A stretch of 60,216 nucleotides of DNA from Anaerolineae bacterium (GCA_034429055.1 DAOUGK010000025.1:1-60216), one strand, 5' to 3'; counted from the first letter of the stretch, positions 16,929 through 25,883 are shown. The notes: generated by a model from the sequence alone, not told the origin. Made by a program: numbers and translations.

Positions 16929-19900
16929 ATGACCCAACATCATTTCGACCCTCAGAACCGTTTCGTCATCGAGGATTTCGACGCTTTTCCCTCGTTTGCC
17001 AGCTTCCTGCCGGGGATCGCGGGGCCGTTGGGCATTCCCCTCTGGGCGTTCTACGTCAACCGCGGCCAGGCCATTGCCGGCTTCGGCGTGGAAAGCAAGG
17101 ACAACCCCATTATGGAGTTCCAGCCGGCGAACAAGGCGTATCAGATGACGCCGTACATGGGATTCCGCACCTTCATCAAGCTGCGCGACCAGGCCGGTGA
17201 TAGGTATTACGAGCCGTTTTCCGCGGTAGCGCCGACCTCACCCTCAGCCCCTCTCCTGCAAGGAGAGGGGTCGGAGGTGAGGCCTCGCCGCATGTTCATC
17301 GCGCCGAACGAGCTGGAACTGGAAGAAGCGAGCCCGGTGCATGGTCTCCAGACCAACGTCGTGTACTTCATCCTGCCCGGCGAAGGCTTCGCCGCGCTGG
17401 TGCGCCAGGTGACGGTCAAAAACATCGCCGCACAACCGGTCGCGATCGAACTACTGGACGGCCTGCCGGCGATCATTCCATTCGGTGTGACGAACGGGAT
17501 GCTCAAGGAGATCGGCCGCACCGCTGAGGCGTGGATGGCGGTCACCAACCTGGCCCAGGGCATCCCGTTCTATCGGGTGCAGGCCAGCATTGCGGATCGC
17601 GCCGAGGTGGAAACATTCGAGGCGGGGCATTTCTACCTCGCCTTCACGGGTGGGGGTCAACACGGCGGTTCACCCCTGCTGTTCGTCGATCCTACGGTGA
17701 TCTTCGGTCCCAACACCGCCCTCAGCTATCCCGATCGCTTCCTCGCCGGCTCGCTGGCCGAGTTGGCTGCCGCGCCGCAGGTCCCGCTGTGCCGGACGCC
17801 CTGCGGGTTTGCCGGTGCCGCGGCCACGCTGGCGCCGGGTGAAGCGCTGACGCTCTATGCCATCATCGGCCACGTGGGCGAGGTGGAGGTCATCAACCGG
17901 GCGCGGGCGCGCCTGGCCGATCCCGTATTTGTCGCCGCCAAGCGCGCCGAGGCGCAGGCGCTGGCCGCGCAGTTGACCGCTTCCATTTCAACGCAAACCG
18001 GCGACTCGCGTTTCGACGCGTACTGCCGGCAGGCGATGCTCGACAACATCCTGCGCGGCGGCTGGCCCGTGTCCCTGGACGGCCACATTTACCACCTCTA
18101 CGGCCGCCGGCACGGCGACCTGGAGCGCGACTACAACGCGTTCCTCCTGCCGGCCGAGTTCTACTCACAGGGCAACGCGAGCTATCGGGATGTCAACCAG
18201 AATCGGCGCTCCGATGTGCTCTTCAACCCTGCGGTCGGTGATCAGGAGTTCCTGGCTTTCCTCAGTTTGATCCAACCCGACGGCTATAACCCGCTCACCG
18301 TGCTGGGCAGCCGGTTCACGATCCCGTCTGAGCGGCAAGCGGCGGTGCTTGCGCTGGTGGACCGGCCTGATCTGCTGCGTCCGCTGCTGAGCAACCCCTT
18401 CACGGCCGGCTCTCTGCTCAAGACGGTTGCGCAACACGGCATCCGCCTGACCGTGCCGCCGGCGGCCCTCGTCGAAGCGGCCGCGGCCCAGGCCGACTGG
18501 GAGTTCGCGGCGACGTTTACCGAGGGCTACTGGGTTGACCATTGGTTCTACAATCTTGATCTGCTGGACGCGTACCTGGCAATCTACCCGGACCGCCAAG
18601 ACGAGTTGTTGTTCGAGAAGACCGTGCCTTATTATCAAGGTGCGGCGTTCGTGCAGCCGCGCGAGCGGAAGACTGTGCTGCTGGCGAACGGCCAGGTGCG
18701 CCAGTATGGGGCACTTCTGGAAGACGAGGAATTGGCGCATCGGCTTGCCGGTGGACCCCACCCGCGCCACCTCGCGCGGGCGGGCCAGGGGGAGGGCGAG
18801 GTCTTCACGAGCACCGTCTTCGCCAAGCTGACCGGCCTCGCGCTGCTCAAGTTCGCCACCCTCGACCCGTCTGGCATGGGCGTCGAGATGGAGGCGGGCA
18901 AGCCGGGCTGGTGTGACGCGCTCAACGGCCTGCCGGGGTTGTTCGGCTCATCGCTGTCAGAGACCTATGAACTGCTGCGTCTGCTCGACTTCCTGCTGGG
19001 GAACCTCACCCCCCTGCCCTCCTCTCCCTCGCAGGGAGGGGGACGGGAGGAGGGTGTCGCTCTGCCCATCGAGCTGGCTGGGCTGCTGCGCGAGGTCGTG
19101 ACGCAGCTTACTGCCTACCAGCGCGCGTTTGACGCCGAGCGTGATCACCGCTATTGGGATGCCGTGGCGACTGCGCGCGAGGCTTATCGGCAGCGCGTCC
19201 GCCTGGGCTTCGACGGCCGCACGGAGACGATTGACTCTGCGAATCTCGGCTCGATCCTGCAGGCCTTCCGTGACAAGGTTGCCGCGGGTATCGCGCGGGC
19301 CGAGGCGCTGGCCGGCGGCATCCCGCCCACCTACTTCGTCCACGAAGCGCGCGATTACGAGGTCATGACCGGGGCGGCCGGCGAGCCGCTGCGTGACGGC
19401 CAGGGCCGGCCTTTCGTGCGCGTGACCCATTTTGAACTGCAAACCCTGCCCCCGTTCCTGGAGGGGCCGGTGCACGCCATGATGGCTTATCAGGCTGACC
19501 TCGCACGCACTCGCCTCATCTACGAACAGGTGAAGGCCGGACCGCTCTTCGACGCCGCGCTGGGCATGTACAAGACCAACGCGCCGCTGGCGGATTGCTC
19601 CCCCGAGATCGGCCGGCTGCGCGCCTTCACGCCGGGTTGGCTGGAGAACGAATCCGTATTCCTGCACATGGCCTACAAGTACCTGTTGGCGACCTTGCGG
19701 GCGGGGCTGCGCGACGAGTTCTTCACCGACATCCGCCGCGGCCTCGTACCGTTCTTCGATCCGCAGACTTATGGCCGCAGCCCGCTGGAGAACTCTTCGT
19801 TCATCGTCAGCAGCGCCCATCCCGATGCCGCGCTGCACGGCCGCGGGTATGTCGCCCGCCTCACCGGCGCCACTGCCGAGTTCCTCAGCATGTGGTCGCT

Positions 19901-20222
19901 GATGATGGTGGGGCCGCAGCCCTTCTGCCTGCGCGACGGCGAACTGTGTCTGGCGTTCAGACCGGTCCTGCCGGACTGGCTCTTCCGGGAGGATGGTACG
20001 CTGACCTTCACGTTCCTGGGGCAGTGCGAGGTCACTTACCGAAAGTCCGGGCCCCTCACCGGCGCAGCGCAGGTGGCTGCCGCGACGGTGCACCTGGCGA
20101 ACGGCGACCAACTCACCCTGCAGGGTGACCGTATCACCCTACAGGGTGACGTGATCCCTGCGCCCTATGCCGCGATGGTCCGCAGCGGCGAGATCCGGCG
20201 GATCGAGATGAGCTTGGAGTGA
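16929..20222 (+). CDS. Large GH94-related glycoside phosphorylase-like protein (1097 aa; GH149/GH161-type beta-1,3-glucan phosphorylase is a hypothesis)
   Basis: Motifs parallel those of the adjacent GH94-like protein: YRDVNQN vs WRDLWQD, GWCDALNG vs ADWNDGMD, VFLHMAYKY vs MFSHMAVMY. The ATG at 16929 (MTQHHF) is preferred over the GTG at 16905. The genomic context is GH16 enzymes plus an ABC importer. Confidence 0.75.
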   Translation: MTQHHFDPQNRFVIEDFDAFPSFASFLPGIAGPLGIPLWAFYVNRGQAIAGFGVESKDNPIMEFQPANKAYQMTPYMGFRTFIKLRDQAGDRYYEPFSAVAPTSPSAPLLQGEGSEVRPRRMFIAPNELELEEASPVHGLQTNVVYFILPGEGFAALVRQVTVKNIAAQPVAIELLDGLPAIIPFGVTNGMLKEIGRTAEAWMAVTNLAQGIPFYRVQASIADRAEVETFEAGHFYLAFTGGGQHGGSPLLFVDPTVIFGPNTALSYPDRFLAGSLAELAAAPQVPLCRTPCGFAGAAATLAPGEALTLYAIIGHVGEVEVINRARARLADPVFVAAKRAEAQALAAQLTASISTQTGDSRFDAYCRQAMLDNILRGGWPVSLDGHIYHLYGRRHGDLERDYNAFLLPAEFYSQGNASYRDVNQNRRSDVLFNPAVGDQEFLAFLSLIQPDGYNPLTVLGSRFTIPSERQAAVLALVDRPDLLRPLLSNPFTAGSLLKTVAQHGIRLTVPPAALVEAAAAQADWEFAATFTEGYWVDHWFYNLDLLDAYLAIYPDRQDELLFEKTVPYYQGAAFVQPRERKTVLLANGQVRQYGALLEDEELAHRLAGGPHPRHLARAGQGEGEVFTSTVFAKLTGLALLKFATLDPSGMGVEMEAGKPGWCDALNGLPGLFGSSLSETYELLRLLDFLLGNLTPLPSSPSQGGGREEGVALPIELAGLLREVVTQLTAYQRAFDAERDHRYWDAVATAREAYRQRVRLGFDGRTETIDSANLGSILQAFRDKVAAGIARAEALAGGIPPTYFVHEARDYEVMTGAAGEPLRDGQGRPFVRVTHFELQTLPPFLEGPVHAMMAYQADLARTRLIYEQVKAGPLFDAALGMYKTNAPLADCSPEIGRLRAFTPGWLENESVFLHMAYKYLLATLRAGLRDEFFTDIRRGLVPFFDPQTYGRSPLENSSFIVSSAHPDAALHGRGYVARLTGATAEFLSMWSLMMVGPQPFCLRDGELCLAFRPVLPDWLFREDGTLTFTFLGQCEVTYRKSGPLTGAAQVAAATVHLANGDQLTLQGDRITLQGDVIPAPYAAMVRSGEIRRIEMSLE
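17236..17282. repeat. GC-rich palindromic element embedded in frame in the CDS (copy 1)
   Basis: cctcacc-ctcag-cccctctcc-tgcaa-ggagagggg-tcgga-ggtgagg has 9-bp and 7-bp stems. It encodes the low-complexity peptide TSPSAPLLQGEGSEVR. Confidence 0.8.
19004..19056. repeat. GC-rich palindromic element embedded in frame in the CDS (copy 2, related to 17236-17282)
   Basis: cctcacccccctg-ccctcct-ctccct-cgc-agggag-ggggacggg-aggaggg has 6-bp and 7-bp stems and shares the cctcaccc start with copy 1. It encodes LTPLPSSPSQGGGREEGV. Confidence 0.7.
20113..20149. repeat. Two 16-bp palindromes spaced 21 bp apart (in-frame 21-bp tandem duplication) near the 3' end of the CDS
   Basis: tcaccctgcagggtga (20113-20128) is a perfect palindrome. 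tcaccctacagggtga (20134-20149) has one central mismatch. They encode LTLQGDR/ITLQGDV and lie 80-116 nt upstream of the next start codon. Confidence 0.8.
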
Positions 20223-20228
20223 TAACCG

Positions 20229-22994
20229 ATGAGAGATAACGCGACAACCGGCTGGCAGTTCACCGGCCCCGACGGCACGTTCCGCCTCGATACGCCTCAC
20301 CGGACGAGCTACCTCTACTTCCCGCTGGTCAATGAGGCCGGGATGATGTCCGCGGTGACGCCGATGCTGTATGGCGACTGCAAGACGGGCCAGAACAGCT
20401 TCCTGACCCTGCCGGTCTCCGTGGAGGACCTGCACAACACGCGTTCGGCGCGCAACTTCTGGGTGAATATCGCGGGGCATGGGGCCTGGTCGGCCACGGG
20501 CAACTCTGCGCCGCAGGTGGCGCAGACGTTTGCAGCGGACTCCGACGAGACGGTCACGCTGGAAGCCGGGCTGCTGTGGCACAAGGTCACGCGGCGCAAC
20601 GCGCGTCTCGGCCTGGCCGCAGAGATCGTGAACTTCGTGCCCGCGGGTGAACCGTCCCCCGGTGACGCGTCACCCGGTGACCCGGTGGAGCTGATGCAGG
20701 TGACGCTGACCAACATCGGGTCTGCGCCCCTGACGCTCACCCCGACCGCAGCCATCCCCATCTACGGCCGCTCGGCCGACAACCTGCGCGACCACCGGCA
20801 TGTCACCTCGCTGCTGCACCGCATCCGCACCGTCCGCCACGGCATCGAGGTGTGCCCGACCCTCACCTTTGATGAGCGCGGCCACCGGCCCAACAGTATG
20901 ACCTATGCCGTGCTGGGCGCAGAAGGTAACGGCGCGGCGCCGGCCAGCTTCTATCCGGTCGTCGAGGACTTCATCGGCGAGGGCGGCAGCCTGGAGTGGC
21001 CGGCCGCGGTGGTGCAGCCCGAAACGGTTGGGGTAGGTGCGGGCGCGGCTGTGGACGGCTACGAAGCCATCGGCGCGCTGCGTTTCGCGGATGTGGCCCT
21101 GGCCCCGGGCGAATCGCGCTCGTACGTGCTGATTCTCGTCGTGCTGGCCGAAGGCTCCGTTGACATAAATGAGTTGGTCCGACGTTACGGCAGCGCGGCT
21201 GCTTTCGCTGATCGGCTCGAACGTACGCGCTTACATTGGCAGGGTGTGGTCGCGCCGCTGGCCTTCCGCACCGCCGATCCGCGCTTCGATAGCTGGTTGA
21301 AATGGGTGGCGGTCCAGCCGACCCTGCGCCGTCTGTTCGGCAATTCGTTCCTGCCGGCCCACGATTACGGTCGCGGCGGCCGCGGCTGGCGCGACCTCTG
21401 GCAGGACTGCCTGGCGCTGCTGGTGATGGAACCCGAGCCGGTACACGACCTGCTGTTCAGCAGCTTCGCGGGCGTGCGCATAGATGGCAGCAACGCGACC
21501 ATCATCGGCAACCGGCCCGGCGAATTCATCGCCGATCGCAACAATATTCCGCGCGTCTGGATGGACCACGGTGCGTGGCCCTACCTGACAACTCGTCTCT
21601 ACATCGACCGCAGCGGCGACCTGGGTTTCCTGCTGCAGGAGCAGAGTTACTTCAAGGACCAGCACATCCATCGCTGCCAGAGGAAAGACGCGGCCTGGGC
21701 GCCGGAGCAGGGCACAGAGCTGCGCACCGCGCAGGGTGCTATCCACCGCGGCTCCATCCTGGAACATCTGCTGGTTCAACACCTCACCGCGTTCTTCAAC
21801 GTGGGCGCAGCCGGCAATATCTTGCTGGAGGGCGCCGACTGGAACGACGGCATGGACATGGCGCGCGAGCGCGGGGAAAGCGTGGCTTTTACCGCGCTGT
21901 ATGCGGGCAACCTGGCCGACCTGAGCAAGCTGGTGCTGGCGTTGGACCGGCTGGGCGTCACGGAAGTCGAACTGGCGGCTGAACTGCGGCTGCTGCTCGA
22001 CACGGTGGGCGAGCCGGTGGACTACACCAGTGTGACCGCCAAACAAGCCCGCCTGGCCCAATACTTTGCCGCCTGCACGCACACGATCTCCGGCGACAAG
22101 GCCAAGGTGAGCCTGGCTGACCTGAGCCGCGATCTGGATGCCAAGGCCGCCTGGCTTGCGGCGCACATCCGGGACCAGGAATGGGTGAGGGATGCCGAGG
22201 GCTACGGCTGGTTCAACGGTTACTACGACAACGATGGCCGGCGCGTCGAGGGCGACCATGCCAACGGCGTCCGCATGACGTTGACCGGGCAGGTGTTCAC
22301 CCTGATGGGCGGCATCGCCTCCGCTGCGCAGGAGGCCGAGATCGTGCGCGCGGTCGATCGTTATCTCTACGATCCGCGCCTGGGCGGCTACCGGCTCAAC
22401 ACCGATTTCGGGGGCGTGCAGCTCAATCTGGGGCGGTGCTTCGGCTTCGCGTACGGCCACAAGGAGAACGGCGCGATGTTCAGCCACATGGCGGTGATGT
22501 ATGCCAATGCGCTCTATCGTCGTGGGCTGGCGCAAGCGGGCTACATGGTGCTGGCAGGGATCTACGGCCACTGCCAGGATTTCGCTGTCAGCCGCATGTA
22601 TCCCGGCCTGCCGGAATACATCAGCGAGCGGGGCCGCGGCATGTACCCGTGGTTGACCGGTTCGGCAAGCTGGTATCTGCTGACGCTGCTGAACGAGGTG
22701 TTCGGCGTGCAGGGCGACCTGGGTGACCTGGTGCTGGCGCCGAAACTGGCCGCGGTGCAATTCGATGACCAGGACAGGGCGGCTGTCCGTACGCAGTTTG
22801 CCGGGTGTGAATGGGAGGTTGTCTATCACAACCCGCGCCGGCTTGAGTACGGCGCGTATGCGGTTCGCCGGGTCGCTGTTGGCGGGGTTGAGCTGCCGGT
22901 GACATACGAGGAGAAGGGCGCTCGTATCGGCCGGGAGGTCATCACCGGCCTCCACACGGGGCTGATGCAGCGTCTCGACGTCGAACTCGGCTGA
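20229..22994 (+). CDS. GH94-family glycoside phosphorylase (cellobiose/laminaribiose phosphorylase-like, 921 aa)
   Basis: GH94-type motifs are present: GGRGWRDLWQDCLALL, EGADWNDGMDMA (catalytic Asp context) and GAMFSHMAVMYANAL. The ~900-aa size is typical of the family. The start lies 6 nt after the upstream stop. Confidence 0.88.
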   Translation: MRDNATTGWQFTGPDGTFRLDTPHRTSYLYFPLVNEAGMMSAVTPMLYGDCKTGQNSFLTLPVSVEDLHNTRSARNFWVNIAGHGAWSATGNSAPQVAQTFAADSDETVTLEAGLLWHKVTRRNARLGLAAEIVNFVPAGEPSPGDASPGDPVELMQVTLTNIGSAPLTLTPTAAIPIYGRSADNLRDHRHVTSLLHRIRTVRHGIEVCPTLTFDERGHRPNSMTYAVLGAEGNGAAPASFYPVVEDFIGEGGSLEWPAAVVQPETVGVGAGAAVDGYEAIGALRFADVALAPGESRSYVLILVVLAEGSVDINELVRRYGSAAAFADRLERTRLHWQGVVAPLAFRTADPRFDSWLKWVAVQPTLRRLFGNSFLPAHDYGRGGRGWRDLWQDCLALLVMEPEPVHDLLFSSFAGVRIDGSNATIIGNRPGEFIADRNNIPRVWMDHGAWPYLTTRLYIDRSGDLGFLLQEQSYFKDQHIHRCQRKDAAWAPEQGTELRTAQGAIHRGSILEHLLVQHLTAFFNVGAAGNILLEGADWNDGMDMARERGESVAFTALYAGNLADLSKLVLALDRLGVTEVELAAELRLLLDTVGEPVDYTSVTAKQARLAQYFAACTHTISGDKAKVSLADLSRDLDAKAAWLAAHIRDQEWVRDAEGYGWFNGYYDNDGRRVEGDHANGVRMTLTGQVFTLMGGIASAAQEAEIVRAVDRYLYDPRLGGYRLNTDFGGVQLNLGRCFGFAYGHKENGAMFSHMAVMYANALYRRGLAQAGYMVLAGIYGHCQDFAVSRMYPGLPEYISERGRGMYPWLTGSASWYLLTLLNEVFGVQGDLGDLVLAPKLAAVQFDDQDRAAVRTQFAGCEWEVVYHNPRRLEYGAYAVRRVAVGGVELPVTYEEKGARIGREVITGLHTGLMQRLDVELG

Positions 22995-22995
22995 C

Positions 22996-23982
22996 CTAGC
23001 GGGTCTCGGTAAGCTGAGACGAAGAGAGCGGTCGGACGGTGACGCCCTCCCGCGCGGCCTCAAGTGCGGCGAGGGAGGGCAACCCGGCCCCGATGTGACC
23101 GATGGCGGTCACCGAGAAGGCCGTCGCCAGGCGGGCGCACTCGGCCAGCGGCAGGCCGCGCAGCTTGCCCGCAACGATGCCCGCGACCATCGCATCCCCC
23201 GCGCCCACCGTGCTCTTGACCTCGACTGCGGGCGGCACGGCCCAGACGGTCTCGTCGCCTTCGAGGAAGATGGCACCGTCCTTCCCCATGGACACGACCA
23301 CGCTCGTGATGTTATGGCGCTGCATGAGCGCGCGCGCGACTCTGACGATGGCCGCGCTCGTCTCCAGCCGCTCCCCGGCGAACTCGCCCAGTTCGTCGGC
23401 GTTCGGCTTGATGAGCCACGGCCCGGCCGCGACCGCATGCCTGAACCCCTCGCCGCTGGTGTCGAGCACGACCTTGGGTGTGCGCTCAGCCCGCGCAGCC
23501 GTCAGGGTCTGAATCATCTGCGCGTAGATGTCTGCCGACACACCGGCGGGGATGCTGCCCGAGAGCACGAACCACTCATGGTCTGCGGCCAGTTCCCGGA
23601 GGATGTCGAACAGGCGCACAATGTCTGCCGGCTCCGGCGCCTGGCCGGGGAAGTTGATGTCGGTGGTCTGCTGTAGCACGGGATCGGTAATCTTGACGCC
23701 GGTACGGGTGGCGCCCGCAATGCGCACGCAGCGGTCTTCGATGCCCTTCTGGCTGAAAAGGCGGCGGAAAATCTCATCGTTCGCGCTGCCGAGGAAGCCA
23801 GTAACCGTGGCCGGCTGGCCGAAGTCGGCCAGGAACGCGGCGACGTTGATGCCCTTGCCCCCGGCGTCCATCTGCGAACTCCGGACGCGATTGACCGCCC
23901 CCGCCGTGAAGTTGGGGACGGAGATCGTTTGATCGATGGCCGGGTTGACGGTGACCGTGACGACCCGGTTGGCCTGGCGCAT
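22996..23982 (-). CDS. pfkB: 1-phosphofructokinase-family hexose kinase (PfkB family, 328 aa)
   Basis: The N-terminus VVTVTVNPAIDQTISVPNFTAGAVNRV...AGGKGINVA and the C-terminal VKSTVGAGDAMVAG motif are typical of the FruK/PfkB/LacC subfamily. Confidence 0.9.
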   Translation of the reverse strand: MRQANRVVTVTVNPAIDQTISVPNFTAGAVNRVRSSQMDAGGKGINVAAFLADFGQPATVTGFLGSANDEIFRRLFSQKGIEDRCVRIAGATRTGVKITDPVLQQTTDINFPGQAPEPADIVRLFDILRELAADHEWFVLSGSIPAGVSADIYAQMIQTLTAARAERTPKVVLDTSGEGFRHAVAAGPWLIKPNADELGEFAGERLETSAAIVRVARALMQRHNITSVVVSMGKDGAIFLEGDETVWAVPPAVEVKSTVGAGDAMVAGIVAGKLRGLPLAECARLATAFSVTAIGHIGAGLPSLAALEAAREGVTVRPLSSSQLTETR

Positions 23983-24005
23983 GGTCTATCCTCCCGCCTG
24001 ACCTT

Positions 24006-25562
24006 CTATAACCAGCCGGCGGCCCGCCACATCGCAAGCTCTGCGCCGTACCGGTCATACATGACCTCGCACCGGGTGTCGATGCGCAGGCTGGCTCGTC
24101 CGTCTAGCGTGTACGCAGGCCATTCCGGCACGCCCTCCGCAGCCGGCCTCCCGGTGCGCGCGAAGCTGGTCCAGAGCGCGGCCATGTTGTGCGAGGCCAT
24201 AAAACGCTCAGGTCGCTTGCCGGACAGAAAGCCAAAGTTGTTGACGGGCGACTCGTTGTTGAACTTGAAGCTGATGTCCATGGCATGGGGCGTGCCCAGA
24301 GGATAGTCTGTGCCGGGGATGGTCTGCTCCGACTTGTAGCCAAACTGATAGAGGTAGACCGGCGCGTCGCCTTGCGCCGCCTTCTTCTCCGCAATCTCCA
24401 CGGACCCGAGCCCCATCATAGTGATGGAGGAGATGGCGACGTAGATATCGGGCGCGGAGGCTGCGGGCAGGGCGCGGCAGTAGGTGTCGATGACCTGCTG
24501 CGTGGCCGCCCCGAATTGGGGCTCCAGCCGGGCGTACAGGCCCGCAAAGTCCAGGCTGAAGGCGCTCGTATCGCCTCTTTCCCAGGCAAAGAAGGTGTAT
24601 TCGTCCTCGTTCCAGCCCGTAAGTAGCGGCTTATCGCGGGAAATGGCAGGTGCGGTCGGGTCGAAGGGGTGCTGCGGGAGCCCCAGGCCATCCACCACCG
24701 GCCCGAAGCCGCCGCGAAAGGACTCGGCAGCCCCCTCGCGCTGGCCCTTCTTGCCGTGCGGCGGCACGGGCGGGAACTGCCCCTGGATGCGCAGCAACTC
24801 GGCGGCCGGGACATCCAGCAGCCGGCGCCACTCCTGCGGGGCGATGTCCAGTTCGCGCAATACCCCGGCCGTTGTTGCAGCCGCCATCTCGCGCGTATGC
24901 ATCCGCACGCCCGGCCCGCTCTCGATGGACGCCTTGTTGAAGTACGGCGCGGCCGCAGGCATGGCATACAGGCAGGATGTCTTCGCGCCGCCGCCCGATT
25001 CGCCGAAGACCATCACGTTATCCCCATCACCGCCGAAACCGCTGATGTTCCGGTGCACCCAGGCCAGTGCATCCACGATGTCCAGAAGGCCCTGGTTCCC
25101 TGATCCGGCGTAGTCCGATCCGGCCAGTTCTTCGAGATAGAGAAACCCCAGCAGCCCCAGGCGATGGTTGGTCTGCACGACGACGACATCGAAGTTGCGC
25201 GCCAGGTTGGCGCCATCCTGCAACGGACTGCCCCCGGAGCCGACCACGAAGCCGCCGCCATGGTTGTAGAACATAACGGGGCGCTTCCCGTTGTCGTTGG
25301 CAGGCGTCCAGATATTGAGGAAGAGGCAATCCTCGGCCGGCTCAGGCTCGTTCCGGCGGGGCGGTTGGATGGCCGGCGCGCCCAGGTGCAGTGCCTCGCG
25401 GACGCCGGTCCAGGGCTCCAGTTCAGCAGGCCGCCGGAATCTCCGGTCGCCGGAGACCCTCCCCGCGTAGGGAATCCCCTTGAAGATGCTGACGCCGTCA
25501 CTCCGGGCGCCACTGACCTTGCCGTAGCTGGTCTCGACCTGGCTTGCATCCATCTCCGCCAT
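24006..25562 (-). CDS. Carboxylesterase type B (para-nitrobenzyl-esterase-like, 518 aa)
   Basis: Family motifs are present: VSIFKGIPYAG, EDCLFLNIWTP, HGGGF and the nucleophile elbow FGESGGG. The start is set at MAEMDAS (25562) because the longer ORF (to 25823) would overlap the tRNA gene. Confidence 0.88.
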   Translation of the reverse strand: MAEMDASQVETSYGKVSGARSDGVSIFKGIPYAGRVSGDRRFRRPAELEPWTGVREALHLGAPAIQPPRRNEPEPAEDCLFLNIWTPANDNGKRPVMFYNHGGGFVVGSGGSPLQDGANLARNFDVVVVQTNHRLGLLGFLYLEELAGSDYAGSGNQGLLDIVDALAWVHRNISGFGGDGDNVMVFGESGGGAKTSCLYAMPAAAPYFNKASIESGPGVRMHTREMAAATTAGVLRELDIAPQEWRRLLDVPAAELLRIQGQFPPVPPHGKKGQREGAAESFRGGFGPVVDGLGLPQHPFDPTAPAISRDKPLLTGWNEDEYTFFAWERGDTSAFSLDFAGLYARLEPQFGAATQQVIDTYCRALPAASAPDIYVAISSITMMGLGSVEIAEKKAAQGDAPVYLYQFGYKSEQTIPGTDYPLGTPHAMDISFKFNNESPVNNFGFLSGKRPERFMASHNMAALWTSFARTGRPAAEGVPEWPAYTLDGRASLRIDTRCEVMYDRYGAELAMWRAAGWL

Positions 25563-25798
25563 GGGTCCTTTCTGTGTTACTCGCCACATTATACTACCAG
25601 ACCGGACCATCCCGCTCGCCAGCCCGGCCCGCGCGCGACATGTCTGGGTGTTCGAAGGAGCCCAGAGTGCTGAGGATGGCGGTCTGTTGCCAGGGGTTGT
25701 GGCGCGGCCCGCTGCCTCACAAGTGAGTGCTTGAAAAAGGGAAGCCCACGGATAACCATCCGTGGGCTTCGAAGGTGCGGCTGATGACGATGTTGAGG

Positions 25799-25872
<74 letters not shown>

Positions 25873-25883
25873 GAACAACGGCT

